A stretch of DNA of 64,000 nt from Eledone cirrhosa (Eukaryota), in NCBI GenBank assembly GCA_964016885.1, contig OZ024743.1:309690001-309754000 (forward strand). The letters run 5' to 3'. Both the position numbers and the translations under genes were made by a program. Positions 41,885 through 60,325 of the stretch are shown here, piece by piece; the first letter of the stretch is position 1, and each line of letters starts with the position of its first letter. The notes below the pieces were generated by a model that made no database searches, was not told the DNA's origin, and was given only the letters and a program-made list of their open reading frames with translations.

Positions 41885-42270
41885 AGGATTCTTCACGACG
41901 ACAATGCACTTGTCAAAAAGCCCTCTCCACTCGTGAATTTCTCGCCAAATACAACATTTTATCGCTTCCGTACCCACCAATGTTCGCCAGATATGGCACC
42001 TGCAGACATCCATATCTTCTACAAGCTGAAAATGCAACTTAAAAGTCGCCGTTTTAACACCGTCGCCGAAATCCAGGGCGAATCGCTGAAGGTCCTCGAC
42101 TCGCTTACGGAAGATGACTTCCAGGCCGGATTACAAAAGTAGCAGGAACGCTGGGACCGGTGGATTGCAGTAATAGGTGACTATTTCTAAGAATATGATG
42201 TTAAAAATTAGGTAAATATATTAGTTTTTTAAACATAACTAGTCCATGAACTTTTTGACACCACCTCGAA
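41885..42270 (+). mobile_element. Mariner transposase 3' fragment
   Basis: LHDDNA...SPDMAPADIHIFYKLKMQLKSRRF (HDNA and SPDLAPxD motifs), ending in the TIR-like AACTTTTTGACACCACCTCG. Confidence 0.8.
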
Positions 42271-42478
42271 TATCTGTGTGTGTATGTGCATATACGACTA
42301 TACATATATATAATAAATATATAAAATAAAGAAACAAATCTCAAATAGATTCCAACATGAACTAGACTAAAAATGTCTTCTGTCTAATGCCGCAATGCAT
42401 ATAATTTGTGCATGTGGTTAACATTCAGTAAAAATACTGCCATGGGAAATAAGTTTCAAATATTATTTCTATTTTCAG

Positions 42479-42656
42479 GAAAATCTCATTATCCTTAATA
42501 TTTTGGATTGTCCCGTTTACTCCGGCAAGCAACATGTTTTTTAGAGTTGGTTTTGTTATTGCTGAAAGAAATCTCTACCTACCCAGCCTTGGTTTCTGTT
42601 TAGCTATTTCACTTGGATTTTGTGTGTTACGTGAAACTCACAAACAACACTCTCAG
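42479..42656 (+). CDS. TMTC4: Next internal exon of TMTC4-like gene
   Basis: TTTTCAG acceptor and CAG|GTAAGT donor. It encodes (R)[47 protein letters not shown]..., the hallmark PF.PASNLFFRVGFVVAER.LY.PS motif of TMTC proteins. The frame is compatible with the exon ending at 7803. Confidence 0.93.
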
Positions 42657-42906
42657 GTAAGTCATTATTATATCATGCATACAATTGTAGTGAAATCAAG
42701 AGTTTCACTTCAAGCGGATTGTTTTCTCTTTTCCCTTTACTCATATGTACCCCCCCCCCCCTCCCCAATATATATATATATATATATAATAATAATAATA
42801 GTGAGTAAAATCGAAGTTGCAGCTTCAATTAGCATTTGTCGAAATCAATCTTCTGAAGCGGGCACAGAGCACCCAATGAGATGATATCGATAAATCGATA
42901 AATTAT

Positions 42907-45245
42907 AAGGCATATGACTTTTTATACAACTCCATATGAGCATGCTATTTTGTAATGAGGTTTTTGTCATAAAGAAAGAATTACAGTTGTTTTTTTGTAG
43001 ATTTTGAAAAAAATTCTTGCACATACTAAATTGTATTTTTAATTTTTTGGTAATTAGCCAGTCTCATAAAATAAATAACTAAAACAATAACTTATGACAA
43101 TAAAAAAATTATTTTAATTATTAGTTAAACAAAATTTAATCTCTAAGGTTCTACTACTTTTACAAAATGGCAAAAGGTCCTGCACAACTTTTACAGCTCG
43201 CTCAGCGCAAATGTTCGAGCGTTGCGTCTCAATTGGAGATTCTTCATTAGACCAAAATTTTCTGACGGTGTTTGCAACCTTTTCATACTTGGCCTTAATT
43301 AGTTGGTCAATTAGTTTCTGCTTGCTGTCAGCTCTATACAGTTGACTTGAGAACCACATTTTTCCCCACATTCCGCAGATGTATTCGGCACCAGCGCGCA
43401 GCTTCGCTCGTTCATCAGGCATCAAATTAGACCCAAGCAACAAATAAATTGCTTGGCTATTCCAACGAGCATTGTGTAAATTAGGTAATTTCTTAAAATT
43501 TATTTTAGGAATCGGACCGTTTTCAAAGAAATGTTGCACGGCTATCACGAGATACTGAAATAAATCCATGTCACTTCTCCAGCGCGTCGGGGTTTCATTA
43601 ATTTCCGTCGTTCCATTTGAAAAGTTCTGCTTCAGTTCGTCATAGTTCTTTAAAATGGCCTCAACAAAGTAATAATTGATATATGGCGAAGTTGTTTTGC
43701 TCCTATATAGTTGAGCAAAATAAACTTTCAAGGCACGGTCTAAAATGTGGTGCTGGTATACAACATATAATGGCTTGCTGTAACCGCGACGCGCGAACTC
43801 ACTGTTGAGCATGGCAACAACTCCTGCTTTTTGCCGGTATTGACACTATTTGTGTCGGAGACTATCATCACGATAGATTCCCACAGTTCATAGTAAGAGC
43901 CTTTCCATCAGTTAATGCCATCGGCCTCGGGCGTATTTCTTTCTCATCATTTTCTATCACTACAACCTGATATTCTACGTCTCATTCGTTTTCCATCAAC
44001 ATGAAGGCTCTATTTCTCCCTTTTGAGTTCATTTTTCCACTTTTCCATGAGTTTCTCACCTTCTCTGATAACTGCTTTGTGCACTGCCGACTGACTCGGG
44101 GTTCTTACCTTAATACCCCCACTTTTAAATTCGTTGTAAACTGCTGCTGCTTTTCTACTAGGTAATTTAGTATTTCTTACTAGGTTAACAGCATGAGCTG
44201 TGTTTTCTCTTTTTCGTTTTTTTTCTGGTGAAGGTGAAGGTGAAGATTTATAATCGCTGGTATTTGTATCAGTGTTACCGTAACTTTCATTTCAGTCCAG
44301 ATGAATGTATGAGCAGGATGGCTTATCATGATCTAGTTCTTGCTTTTTGTTTTAAATTCTCTTAAAGGATGGATTTTCATTTCACTGTCTATTTTCATTG
44401 TAGTATACCCAACCTTTCCACAACTCTCAACTTGCTTTTCATAAAACGACAAATCTTCGGCTGCTAACCATATCCCATATTTTTTTTGTAATATGAAACA
44501 GATTATTGAAATTCGCAGAGCCAGGTCTTTACACTTCTTTTTCCTTTTTTTAAATTATTTTTTCAATTTTTCGAGGTATTGAAAATTTGTTGATAGTTGG
44601 AAAGCTGAACTTTTCCCATAACCTTTCACATTCTCCAGTAATTATCTTAATTCTTTTTTTGGTATTTTTCTCTTCAGCAGCAAAAGTGATATAACGATCT
44701 GTTTCTCAGTAGGTAGCTTGCATAATTCGATTAATGAACTTTGAATTTTCGTTTTCCTAGATTTCTTTCTCTTCTCAAAATGACAAACATTTTGTGCCCA
44801 AATCTTCTCTTTAGCAAGTGGATTTTTAAACATCTGAAATTTATAATATTAATATAATATAAATATAAATATTAAAATATATTAATAAATATACCTCGCA
44901 AATTTTACTTTATTCTCTTTATGTATTTTATGAATTTTATGAATAGATTAAATAGACAAATAAGTGATGAACAAGCAATAAAGTTGATCCATTAAACAAT
45001 TTGAAGAAGGATACTATATTTGATAAACTGTTAAATTGCACATTATATTTTAATTACATACACACGTATATTGTATATGCAATTCTATATTAGTTAATCA
45101 ATGTTAAAGAATCTACCTTGTGCAAGAGTTTTTTAAAATTCTAATATTTTTTAACATGCTCACAAGTATTTTATAGTAAAAGTTCATCTGAAAATGGCAT
45201 GCTCATTTATTTTTTTAATAAAAGTGTACTTTAGGAATATGCCTA
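42907..45245 (-). mobile_element. Degenerate DNA transposon, probably hATm-like, with 9-bp TSD
   Basis: Termini AAGGCATAT...ATATGCCTA, flanked by ATAAATTAT (42898-42906, 45246-45254). Minus ORF 43114-43812 has QHHIL, HNARW and SNICAERAVK motifs. Upstream frames are broken. Confidence 0.75.
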
Positions 45246-45706
45246 ATAAATTATAGCTCAGAGTTATAACAATACGTTAGGGGTATGACACAGTGAAAAG
45301 CCACCACAACAACGAAAATACAAACAAGTTAAAGACGAACCTGGACCTGATGAATAGATATTATATAAATATCTTCGTTTGGTTTCTGGGAATACGAAAG
45401 CACACCAAGTTTCGTAACATGCAAACATGTAATGTATCTTAAGATAGAACGAGGTTATCACTTTCTCAACATGCCTTTCGTTCCGTTTTCCAAGAGCGGG
45501 GCTTAATATCTCCACTGCCAAGTATTGTAGCAGTAACTTCGGCAGAGGAAGTTCACATCCGGGTTTTGGCGGGCAAATTCAAAAGTGAGGACAAAGGAAT
45601 TTATTCACAGCCTCTAAAGTAAGATCTCAAGTAGGTCAAACAAACAATGAATAATTAACCAATCAATTAATCAAACAATTAATTATAAAGGCTAGAAGAA
45701 AATAAT

Positions 45707-45886
45707 TGTTTCTACTTTAGGCACAAGGCCAGCAATTACCCAGTGCATTACTGGTACTTTATTTTATCGACCCCGTAAGGATGAAAGGCAAAGTCAACCT
45801 CGGCGGGATTTGAACTCAGATCGTAAAGGGACGTAACTATGCTGGAAAGCATGGCGTCCGACCCTCTACCGATACTGCCAATCCAC
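45707..45886 (-). mobile_element. SINE family A with 18-bp TSD
   Basis: AGGCTAGAAGAAAATAAT at 45689-45706 and 45887-45904. Confidence 0.9.
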
Positions 45887-46428
45887 AGGCTAGAAGAAAA
45901 TAATAATAATAATAGTGAGTAAAATCGACGTTGCAGTTGCGATTAGCATTTGTCGAAATCAATCTTCTGCGGTTGGCACGAAGCACTCAATGACGTGATA
46001 TCCATAAATCGATAAATTATAGCTTAGAGTAATAACAATACATTACGGGTGTGAAACAGTTAAAATTGTGACCGGAGAGATGTTGCCACCAAAGCCACTA
46101 CAACAACGAAAATACATATATTTATAAAACACATACACATGTCATCGATAGAACAGCTACTAAAACAGCTAAATGCTGTGAAACACAGCAATAGGGAAAA
46201 TGACTCAGAAAGCAAAAACCAACAGCCAATGGTCATCAGAGAGACAATCCACAACTTGGGTGACAGGCAGATGAAATATAGAAGATAGTGAAGGAGAAGT
46301 GTATTGGTGAACAGAAGTGACCGAAAGTGGAAATGAAGAAAGGCGTTGTACAAGACATATTTATACACACACATCCTCACCTTCATCAGCTCTCAAACGA
46401 GCAATATTCACACACACACACACACACA

Positions 46429-46480
<52 letters not shown>

Positions 46481-46726
46481 CACGCACACGCAGACACACA
46501 TGCACACATATATATGTATATATACCGCGGTCAGGTTAGGGTTAGGTTGGTCTCGTTTGGCTTTTCAGAGGTGCTTATGTCTTCGTGCTGCAACCTCGCC
46601 GTGGTCGTGCGTTCACCTCATGGTTTTGTTTCCCCTGTTTGTTTGTTTTTTGGAAGGGCCAGGGACGACGGCGTGGCGCGTCGGTGTCTCTTTCTGCGAC
46701 TTCGCCCGCTTCGCTCATCTTGTGAA

Positions 46727-46896
46727 GGCGCGTGGCTGAGTGGTTAGAGAATTGGATTCGCAATCGTGAGGTTGTGAGTTCGATTCCTGGACTGGGCGAT
46801 GCGTTATGTCCTTGAGCAAGAAACTTTATTTCACGTTGCTCTATCAACGGAAATATTGTTTCCTTGGTCTCATTTGACGAAAGTCGATCGACTGTC
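46727..46896 (+). mobile_element. tRNA-derived SINE family B (CORE-like)
   Basis: GGCGCGTGGCTGAGTGGTTAG...GAGTTCGATTCC...TGTCCTTGAGCAAG. Diverged copies lie at ~9830, 2440(-) and 38060(-). Confidence 0.85.
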
Positions 46897-46942
46897 ATAT
46901 ATACATATATATATATGTTTATATATATGTATATATGTATAT

Positions 46943-47201
46943 ATAGTTAAAGAAAGAAGAGTAACATGGTTGGCTGTACAATAAGGGCTTTATTTAAAGT
47001 ACTGACAATTGTTTCGTTGATCAGGTGTATCTACGTGCTCTGATATGTTGACCAGTGGTAAACAATGTATTGGAGATCGATTGACGCAACCTCAAGCGAT
47101 TAGCGAATTCTAGACACACCTGATCAACGAAACAATTGTCAGTACTTTAAATAAAGCCCTTATTGTACAGCTAACCATGTTACTCTTCTTTCTTTAACTA
47201 T
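46943..47201. repeat. Fold-back element with 86-bp near-perfect arms overlapping a decayed hammerhead
   Basis: 46943-47028 is the reverse complement of 47116-47201. GTGCT-CTGATAT-GTTGACCAG...CTGATCAAC-GAAA-CAATTG-TC-AGTAC spans 47035-47145. Confidence 0.85.
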
Positions 47202-47339
47202 TATTACTCCAAGTATAACCTCCATAGAAATTGCCGCGAACTCGCTGCATCTTCTTGAGTCAAGCAAAGCCGTACGTTAAAACTGTCCCCGACGCGGAGT
47301 ACTGTAACTGGATTACCTATAACGATAACTTGTTATCCC

Positions 47340-47389
<50 letters not shown>

Positions 47390-48240
47390 GATAGAACCAG
47401 TTTCAAACTAATTACGCCATTATTCAACAGAGTAATAGCGTATCACTATATTATAAAGAGTTGGGACGCAACGGATGGACACTTACCATTTCAACAGGCA
47501 GATCCAGACTATTTGCCAAAAGGCCTCGGCGTTGACTTATATAATAAGTGTGATATACATCTACATTCACACCCATCATTTTCCCACATGCACTCATTTA
47601 AGTATGTAGTACCAGCACCATTCTAAATAAAACGTGGTTATTTTAATCATCCAGTAACGAAAAAAAAAAATCGAACAAATAAATATACTCGAAACTACAA
47701 AAACAATGCTGACAATATGATCTACAATTTTTTTAGATAACTAAGAAATAAGTGATCCCCTTGTTGACAAATATTTAATTTGTAAATCTATGAATTGGAC
47801 AACTCTTTGATCAGGGTGAGCTGCTGCTGGTTGTGAGGCCCATTCTATAGTTCTGTTGTCTGAAAATCGCGATAAACATGTCTGCTGGCAGACATAATTA
47901 CACTCACACCGTCACATATATTCAATAAATATTATTCTACCTCCTTTTAAAGATTATTCTATCTCAAATTGAACATACAGATACACACGCATGCGCACAA
48001 ATATGCACACATACATATACACAATCACTAAGCTTCATATCTACTCACACAACCTTTCCTTAAACATAGAAAAATGTATATGAAAGCGTGTGTGTGTATC
48101 TGTATCTAAAAAAAAAATGCATTCATGTCTCTCTAAAACTCATCTATGAAGAAAATTTACAATTGGATGGATAATATATACCATTATATGGACAGTCTGG
48201 AGTTGAAACAGGAAGAGCTTGGTCGTCGTGTCTCGACTGT

Positions 48241-49132
<892 letters not shown>

Positions 49133-50739
49133 CCTGATATTGTGGGGTTATTTATCGCCTTTAGACTCCAGGAAAAATTCAGCAATCTCCACGGCGGAAT
49201 ATACCGCGACGATGTTCTCCTCCTAGCTAAAAACCTTAATAACCAAAAACTAGAAAAACTACGCAAAGATATAAGAAAACTACTACTCGAAATAGGACTA
49301 ACTATAACATATGAATACAACCTTAAAGTAGTTAACTTCCTGGATGTCACACTCAATTTAAACTCTGGTTTGATTAAACCGTTTCATAAATTGAATGAAA
49401 ATCTCAAATACGTAAATGTTGGGTTTAACCACCCCATCTCTATAATTAAATCTATCCCTAAAATTATTTCCCTTAGAATCTCGGGTCTATCTTCTAACAT
49501 ACAAGTATTTAAGGAACACGCCGAGTACTACGATAACGCCCTTAGTAAAGCAAGCTACCTCAACAAAATAGAGTACATAGATGGGAACAATCAAAACACC
49601 CAAAATAAATCCCACATAGGTAGATATAATAACACAACACCAAACCACACTTACTACCATAGTATGCACACCAGTAAACCAACAAACAAAACTAATAGAA
49701 AGCGATGCAAAGAGTACTTATGGTATAACCCCGAATACAATAGTTCCATTAGTACAAATTTACCAGTACTCTTCTTTAAAATAATTAAAAGACATTTTCC
49801 TACATCACACAAATACCACAAAATCCTAAACCCTACCACTATAAGACTGTCATACTCTACAGCGTTAAACCTTGAACAACACATAAAAAAGATCAATACT
49901 AGAAGGTTAAACGAAAACACTAAAAACTTAAGTACAAAGAACACAAAAAAAACAGTAGACAATACACTACAAAACATAAATAAACCACACCTAAGTTCGT
50001 CCGCAATACTACTCCAGAGAAAACCCAACGTACACAACTGTAACTGCACCTATCGTGACAACTGCCCTCTCGGCAATAACTGCCTGGAAAAAAATATTAT
50101 TTATAAGTGTACCATTAAATCCGGAGGCAACGAGTGGTATTACGTGGGATCAACGGCAACATCGTTTAAATCTCGATTGTATAGGCACTCTTACTCAATA
50201 AAACACCAGAGCCAAAGAAATGTAACAACTTTAGCAGAAAAAGCTTGGACGCTCAGGGATAGCGACCAAAAGTTTACCCTAAAATGGGAGAAATTAGCTA
50301 AAACCCAAAGCTTTTCCAGGAGCCAAAATTTCTGCAAATTGTGTAATCTTGAGATTTATTACATAATCACACACAAGAAGAAACTGCTGAATAACAGAAT
50401 TGAACGAACATTATTCTGCCGTCACAGAACTAAAACCCTTTTTTCCCACTACAAGCCGAATATTACATAAAAGAGGGACATCCCCCAACTATATAAACCT
50501 TAATCTAGTTAGAAAAATATAAAAACAATCTCTTCTCAACATATATTAATAACCTTAAATTACCACACTAATAATGGAAAGATATGCTGATGAGAATAGG
50601 TGCAAATATGCGATAATGAATGTGTCTAAAAACGTCCATAAGTATGTATATATATGTGAAAATGTATATAAATAAGTAAATATATATATATGTTTGATGT
50701 GTATAGTTAGATGTAAGTGTATTCATGTATTAAAGTGCT

Positions 50740-50797
<58 letters not shown>

Positions 50798-51628
50798 ATG
50801 TATATATGTATATATAGATGTGTATGTATGTGTATGTGTGTGCACATGGACTAGAGTATGTATGTATATATGTGTGTGTCTATACGTGTGTATATAAAGA
50901 TAAGTTGAGTATGAAAATGTATACACATGAGCGCGTGTGTATGTACATGAATACATGTGTGTATATATATGTGTATGCATGTGTATATATATGTAAGTAT
51001 GAATATGTGAATTGTGAGTATATGTATTTTGTAGAGGTGTGCAAATATATTTGTGTGTGAATGCGTGGGTGAAAGGATACGTACACTTGAAAGAAAAATT
51101 TAAGTCTGAATGTTAATTAAGTGCAAACACAAAACCAACCACGCATATCTTTACTATCTCTAATCCTTCTATAGATTTAGAAAAATAACCAATAATATAT
51201 TCTATAAAAAATGTCAAAACAACAGATGGGAATCTAATTACTCAGTGCCACCAAGAATTCTCACTGCTATCGAAAAACCACTCCTTCAACTATTCTTCTA
51301 ACAACTTCACCCCTCCCTCCTAATATTCTCTATAAATACTAAATAGGTCCTCAGTAATATTATTCTGATGAAATGACAGTAAATAATAACATTGAAATAT
51401 TGAATGTCTGCATAACTAAAAGTTTGTAGATAGCAACTGTTTTAGGTTATGTAACTGTTATAGAAACACGTGTCAATAAATTCCTTTCAACTAAACTGTA
51501 TCCATTCAAATCTTTCTATTTTTCTCCGGATTACTTTTGGAACTACAACTGGAACCGTCGAGCAAACTCTACGTGAGCTGATAATCTACTGTGTGTAATA
51601 TTTATATTACAACACAACGGAAAATACT
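49133..51628 (+). mobile_element. 5'-truncated Penelope-like element (Neptune-type): open RT C-terminal half plus GIY-YIG, long 3' region with hammerhead
   Basis: Uninterrupted frame 49133-50470: [56 protein letters not shown]. Confidence 0.92.
51360..51479 (+). ncRNA. Type I hammerhead ribozyme with large loop-II insertion
   Basis: TTATT-CTGATGA-A-ATGACAGT...(~75 nt)...ACTGTTAT-A-GAAA-CACGTG-TC-AATAA. The palindromic minimal stem III is typical of PLE HHRs. Confidence 0.75.
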
Positions 51629-51629
51629 G

Positions 51630-52005
<376 letters not shown>

Positions 52006-52323
52006 CATATATAGCTTTTAAAGAATCTCCCTTTTCTTTAATTCTATCGACCATGACTTACCCCCCACTGATTTTATAGACACCTGTTAGCTTAAGAGAA
52101 ACTTAATGACAAGGAATGGTATGCCATCCGGAACCTGTTTATAGAATTCTGTCTGCCCTTGTTACTCTAAAAACATAAATAAATAAAAATAAACTATAGC
52201 TTTGTAGAATTAGATTTTAATGAATTCCCTTTTCTATCAACCAATGACCTGCACCCATCCCACTCCCCACCCTCTCCTACCACTTGTAGAGACCTAAAAT
52301 ACCATATTTATTTTTTGATACCC

Positions 52324-52374
52324 AGATTCCTGATGATTTCTAATGAATGAAACAGTTCTAGTCCTGTAGAATCT
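52324..52374 (+). ncRNA. Type I hammerhead ribozyme (decayed relative at 41545-41596)
   Basis: AGATTC-CTGATGA-TTTCTAATGAAT-GAAA-CAG TTCTAGTC CTG-TA-GAATCT: 6-bp stem I, short stem II, 4-bp stem III, GUA triplet. Confidence 0.75.
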
Positions 52375-52463
52375 CATCTATATTAAAACTTTTATACTCT
52401 GCTATGTATTGACTACCTTACTTACTGTGGTTACCTCCGATTCAACCCGGAATAACGTACATA

Positions 52464-52520
<57 letters not shown>

Positions 52521-52521
52521 G

Positions 52522-52552
<31 letters not shown>

Positions 52553-52557
52553 GTATA

Positions 52558-52604
<47 letters not shown>

Positions 52605-52606
52605 GA

Positions 52607-52638
<32 letters not shown>

Positions 52639-52639
52639 G

Positions 52640-52673
<34 letters not shown>

Positions 52674-52712
52674 TATATGTATATATATATATATATATGT
52701 ATATATATAACG

Positions 52713-52753
<41 letters not shown>

Positions 52754-52765
52754 TGTATATATATG

Positions 52766-52796
<31 letters not shown>

Positions 52797-52823
52797 GTAT
52801 ATATATGTATATATATATATATA

Positions 52824-54983
52824 TCGAACATATGTGCTAAACACACCCCATTAAGAACTATAAACAAATCTAAGAGCAGAATCCCTAGAAATAGAAAAAC
52901 ACTCATCAGAAAAATTAAGAGAACGAACAAAAAAATCAACAAGCTGAAATACTGTCAGCAGCAACACATCAACTTGACTGCCATTTCATCACTAGAGATT
53001 AAAAAACATAACCTCCAAAACAACATAATGTCCCTCATCAACAATCAGAGAAGAGCTGAAGAGGCCTGGGCCATTGAGAAGATCAAACTCAATCCCAAAG
53101 TGTTCTTTTCATTTGCAAAAAAACACAAAATCACTGGCTCTACTGTTGGCCCTCTAATTGATGAAAATGGCACTCTTCAAGACAATGCTAAAACCATGGG
53201 TGAGATACTGCAGAAACAATACTGCTCTGTTTTCAGCAATCCTGATATGGCCGATCTGGGCTGTATCGGCGATGTTACTCCCCATTACACCTTATCGGAC
53301 ATAACGTTTGGCGCCCCTGATGTCTTGGCGGCAATAAAGGAAATCAAACATAATTCAGCAGTAGGTCCCGATAGGTTCCCTGCTTGTGTCTTGAAGGCGT
53401 GTCAACACCAACTTGCTTCTCCTCTTGCCAATCTGTGGCGGAACTCACTGGATGCTGGATATGTGCCAGAAAACCTTCTATCCCAGTCTGTTGTCCCAGT
53501 TTTCAAAAAGGGAAACAAATCCCTTGCCGTGAATTACCGTCCAATCTCACTCACCTCTCATATCATTAAGGTATTTGAGCGAGTGGTGAGATCGCGAATG
53601 ACCCACTTCCTTGAGAGTAACAATATGCTGAACTCCAACCAGCATGGATTCCGTAATGGAAGGGATTGCCTGACGCAACTACTGCATCACTTTGATGACA
53701 TTTTGAGAGCCTTGGGAGAGGGTTCCAACACTGATGTTATCTACCTTGATTTCAGCAAGGCCTTTGACAGGGTTGATCATAACATTCTACTGAGAAAGCT
53801 GTCCAATATTGGTGTCACTGGAAAGCTGCTGCAGTGGATCAAGAGCTTCCTGTCAAACAGAACCCAACATGTTGTAGTTGAGGGAGTCAAATCAAGCCCA
53901 GCCAAAGTCAGTAGTGGAGTCCCACAAGGCACTGTGTTGGGCCCACTTCTCTTCATCATCTATATTAATGACATCACTGACATCATCAAACACAGCAACA
54001 TTAAAATTTTCGCTGATGATTCCAAGCTCCAAAAGGTCATCAATGGCGTGGATGACCGGATAAGCCTTCAGTCAGACCTACTGGCTGTTACCCAATGGGC
54101 AGAAAAGAACAACATGTTCCTGAACGAAGACAAATTCGAACTGATCCACTTTGGAAAAGAGGATGCTCTGAAACTCCCGTACTCCCTTCCCTCCGGGGAA
54201 ACTCTCGTGGCATCTAACAACATCAGAGACTTGGGAGTAACCGTGGACAGCAACATAAGCTGGACCACGCATATAAGCAGCAAAGTTGACATGGCCCGCA
54301 GAATGTGTTCCTGGATCCTCAGAACCTTCCAGTCGAGAGATTCCCGCACCATTATCCTTCTCTTCTCTACTTTCGCCCGACCACACCTTGAATACTGTTG
54401 TCCACTGTGGTCTCCCCACACGAAACAAAGTATCATGAAACTTGAAGCTCCTCAAAGGGCAATCACGAAAAAGATAGATGGCATGTCAGACCTTGACTAC
54501 TGGGGTCGATTGGAAAACCTGAAACTTTACTCACTCCAACGTCGCCGTGAGCGTTATATTATCTGCATGATGTGGAAAATGTTCCATCATCACTGCCCAA
54601 ATGATGTTGGCATCGCCTTCAAGATACACCCAAGGCTTGGGCCCCGTGCTATCCGTCCCATTCAAAAATCTAAATCGCAACTCATAACAACAATACGGCA
54701 CAATTATTTCACCTCAATCGGCCCTGCTCTCTTCAACATCACACCAGGACACGTCAAAACAGAAACTGACCACACAAGATTCAAGAAGTCTTTGGACAAA
54801 TTCCTCCAAGTAATCCCGGACAAACCACCCACACCCGGATATGTCTCCGCAAACAGTAATTCTCTTCTCGAATGGGCCATGGTGCCCAAATCCTGAATTG
54901 AAAGACTTCGCCAGGTGGTGCTATTAAGTTAGACATGGCCTGGGCCAATACTGGCCAAAACATTTCAAAGTTATTCAAAGTTA
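52824..54983 (+). mobile_element. CR1/L2-group LINE, 5'-truncated, with intact ~690-aa RT reading frame (to 54896)
   Basis: [51 protein letters not shown] and SLQRRRER, with no stops. Short 3' UTR. Embedded in (TA)n. Confidence 0.95.
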
Positions 54984-54984
54984 T

Positions 54985-58816
<3,832 letters not shown>

Positions 58817-59435
58817 GGTGGCTGCCAACTCGTTTTCGAGTACGGCCACTACTTTATATCCATGTAGGAGAACCCCTACCAATGCGCTGAACGAGTGTGA
58901 CTTTTTAGTCCAGCCAGCGACTTGAAAACTCTGGTACAAACACTACACTTGTGACAATTATTGACACATAGTGCTGGGCCCATGGTACCATGTGACGACA
59001 AGTGCAGAGAGATCTCCAGATATAAAGCAATGCCTGTGCCGTGAAGCTTTTATAGTGAGCAAAGGCACTGCACAAAGCCAGTCCCACTCTCTTAACCAAG
59101 ATGATATTTACCAAAAAGAAGAACAAGTCAACATCATTGGATACCATCAGAGTTGCAGGTGTTATATCAGAGTTTTCCTTCTCCTAGAATTCTGCCTTGA
59201 CAAAGGCTAAGGGGTCATCTCTCCCGGTGATTTTGGATGGCCATTGACTCTTAAGAGCTCCTTTGCCCTTTGACAGGTTTTGTTTTTAGTCCTGCAGGAT
59301 GTCCAAAGTCACCCTCCTCACCAAGAAACCTTGGTGGGGTTGCCAGTTTAGTCGCCAACGACCCGACCATGAGACAGGTTGTACTGGGATACATGTTACC
59401 AGTAGCACCAACTAGTGACCTGACAATATATATAC

Positions 59436-59490
<55 letters not shown>

Positions 59491-59492
59491 CT

Positions 59493-59676
<184 letters not shown>

Positions 59677-60246
59677 CACATATATATATATATAATAAAA
59701 AAAGTACAAAAATACAGAGATTACAAATAAATATATATAAAAATACAAAACAATAAAGGAACAAAAAGCCCGAAAAACCAAAAAAAAAAAAAGCAAAGTA
59801 TAAATACATCAAAGCACAATCAGTTCAAAAACAGGATGTACAGGCAGATTAAGAGAGTTTGCAAGCATGAGTCTGTGAGAAGAATAGTTGGTTAGCAGTG
59901 GTGCAGCCTTATATGTATGATGATCCATATCAGGGATGGTGTACTCCAATTATATCGCCTTGTAACGGGTCGATTCTCCTTATCATATCAGCACCCTACG
60001 AACCACATCGATATGTTCCAGTTCCGCACGTTAAGGGAGATAACACTATTATTCCAAAACCTATACCCAGGAGATTTATCACAATAAGCGGTCTGGGATA
60101 AAAGAAATTACGATGATTTAAAGAAATGTATGGTACATGTACAGCTGGCACACAAGTGAGAAAATTGAAAATACGCCAGGTCCGCAATAAGTGGCATTCC
60201 CCAAAGTCCTCACGTTCGGTCGCTCAACCCAACGTCCCAGAGGAAA

Positions 60247-60317
<71 letters not shown>

Positions 60318-60325
<8 letters not shown>

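Noticed and set aside
46727-46800. tRNA-like sequence with A and B boxes
   Set aside because: It continues into a repeated SINE body and has no convincing acceptor stem, so it is a SINE head rather than a tRNA gene.
59330-59425. Canonical HDV-like ribozyme
   Set aside because: I could not assemble P1/P2/P3 in the required order by eye. Kept only as an unexplained conserved structure.
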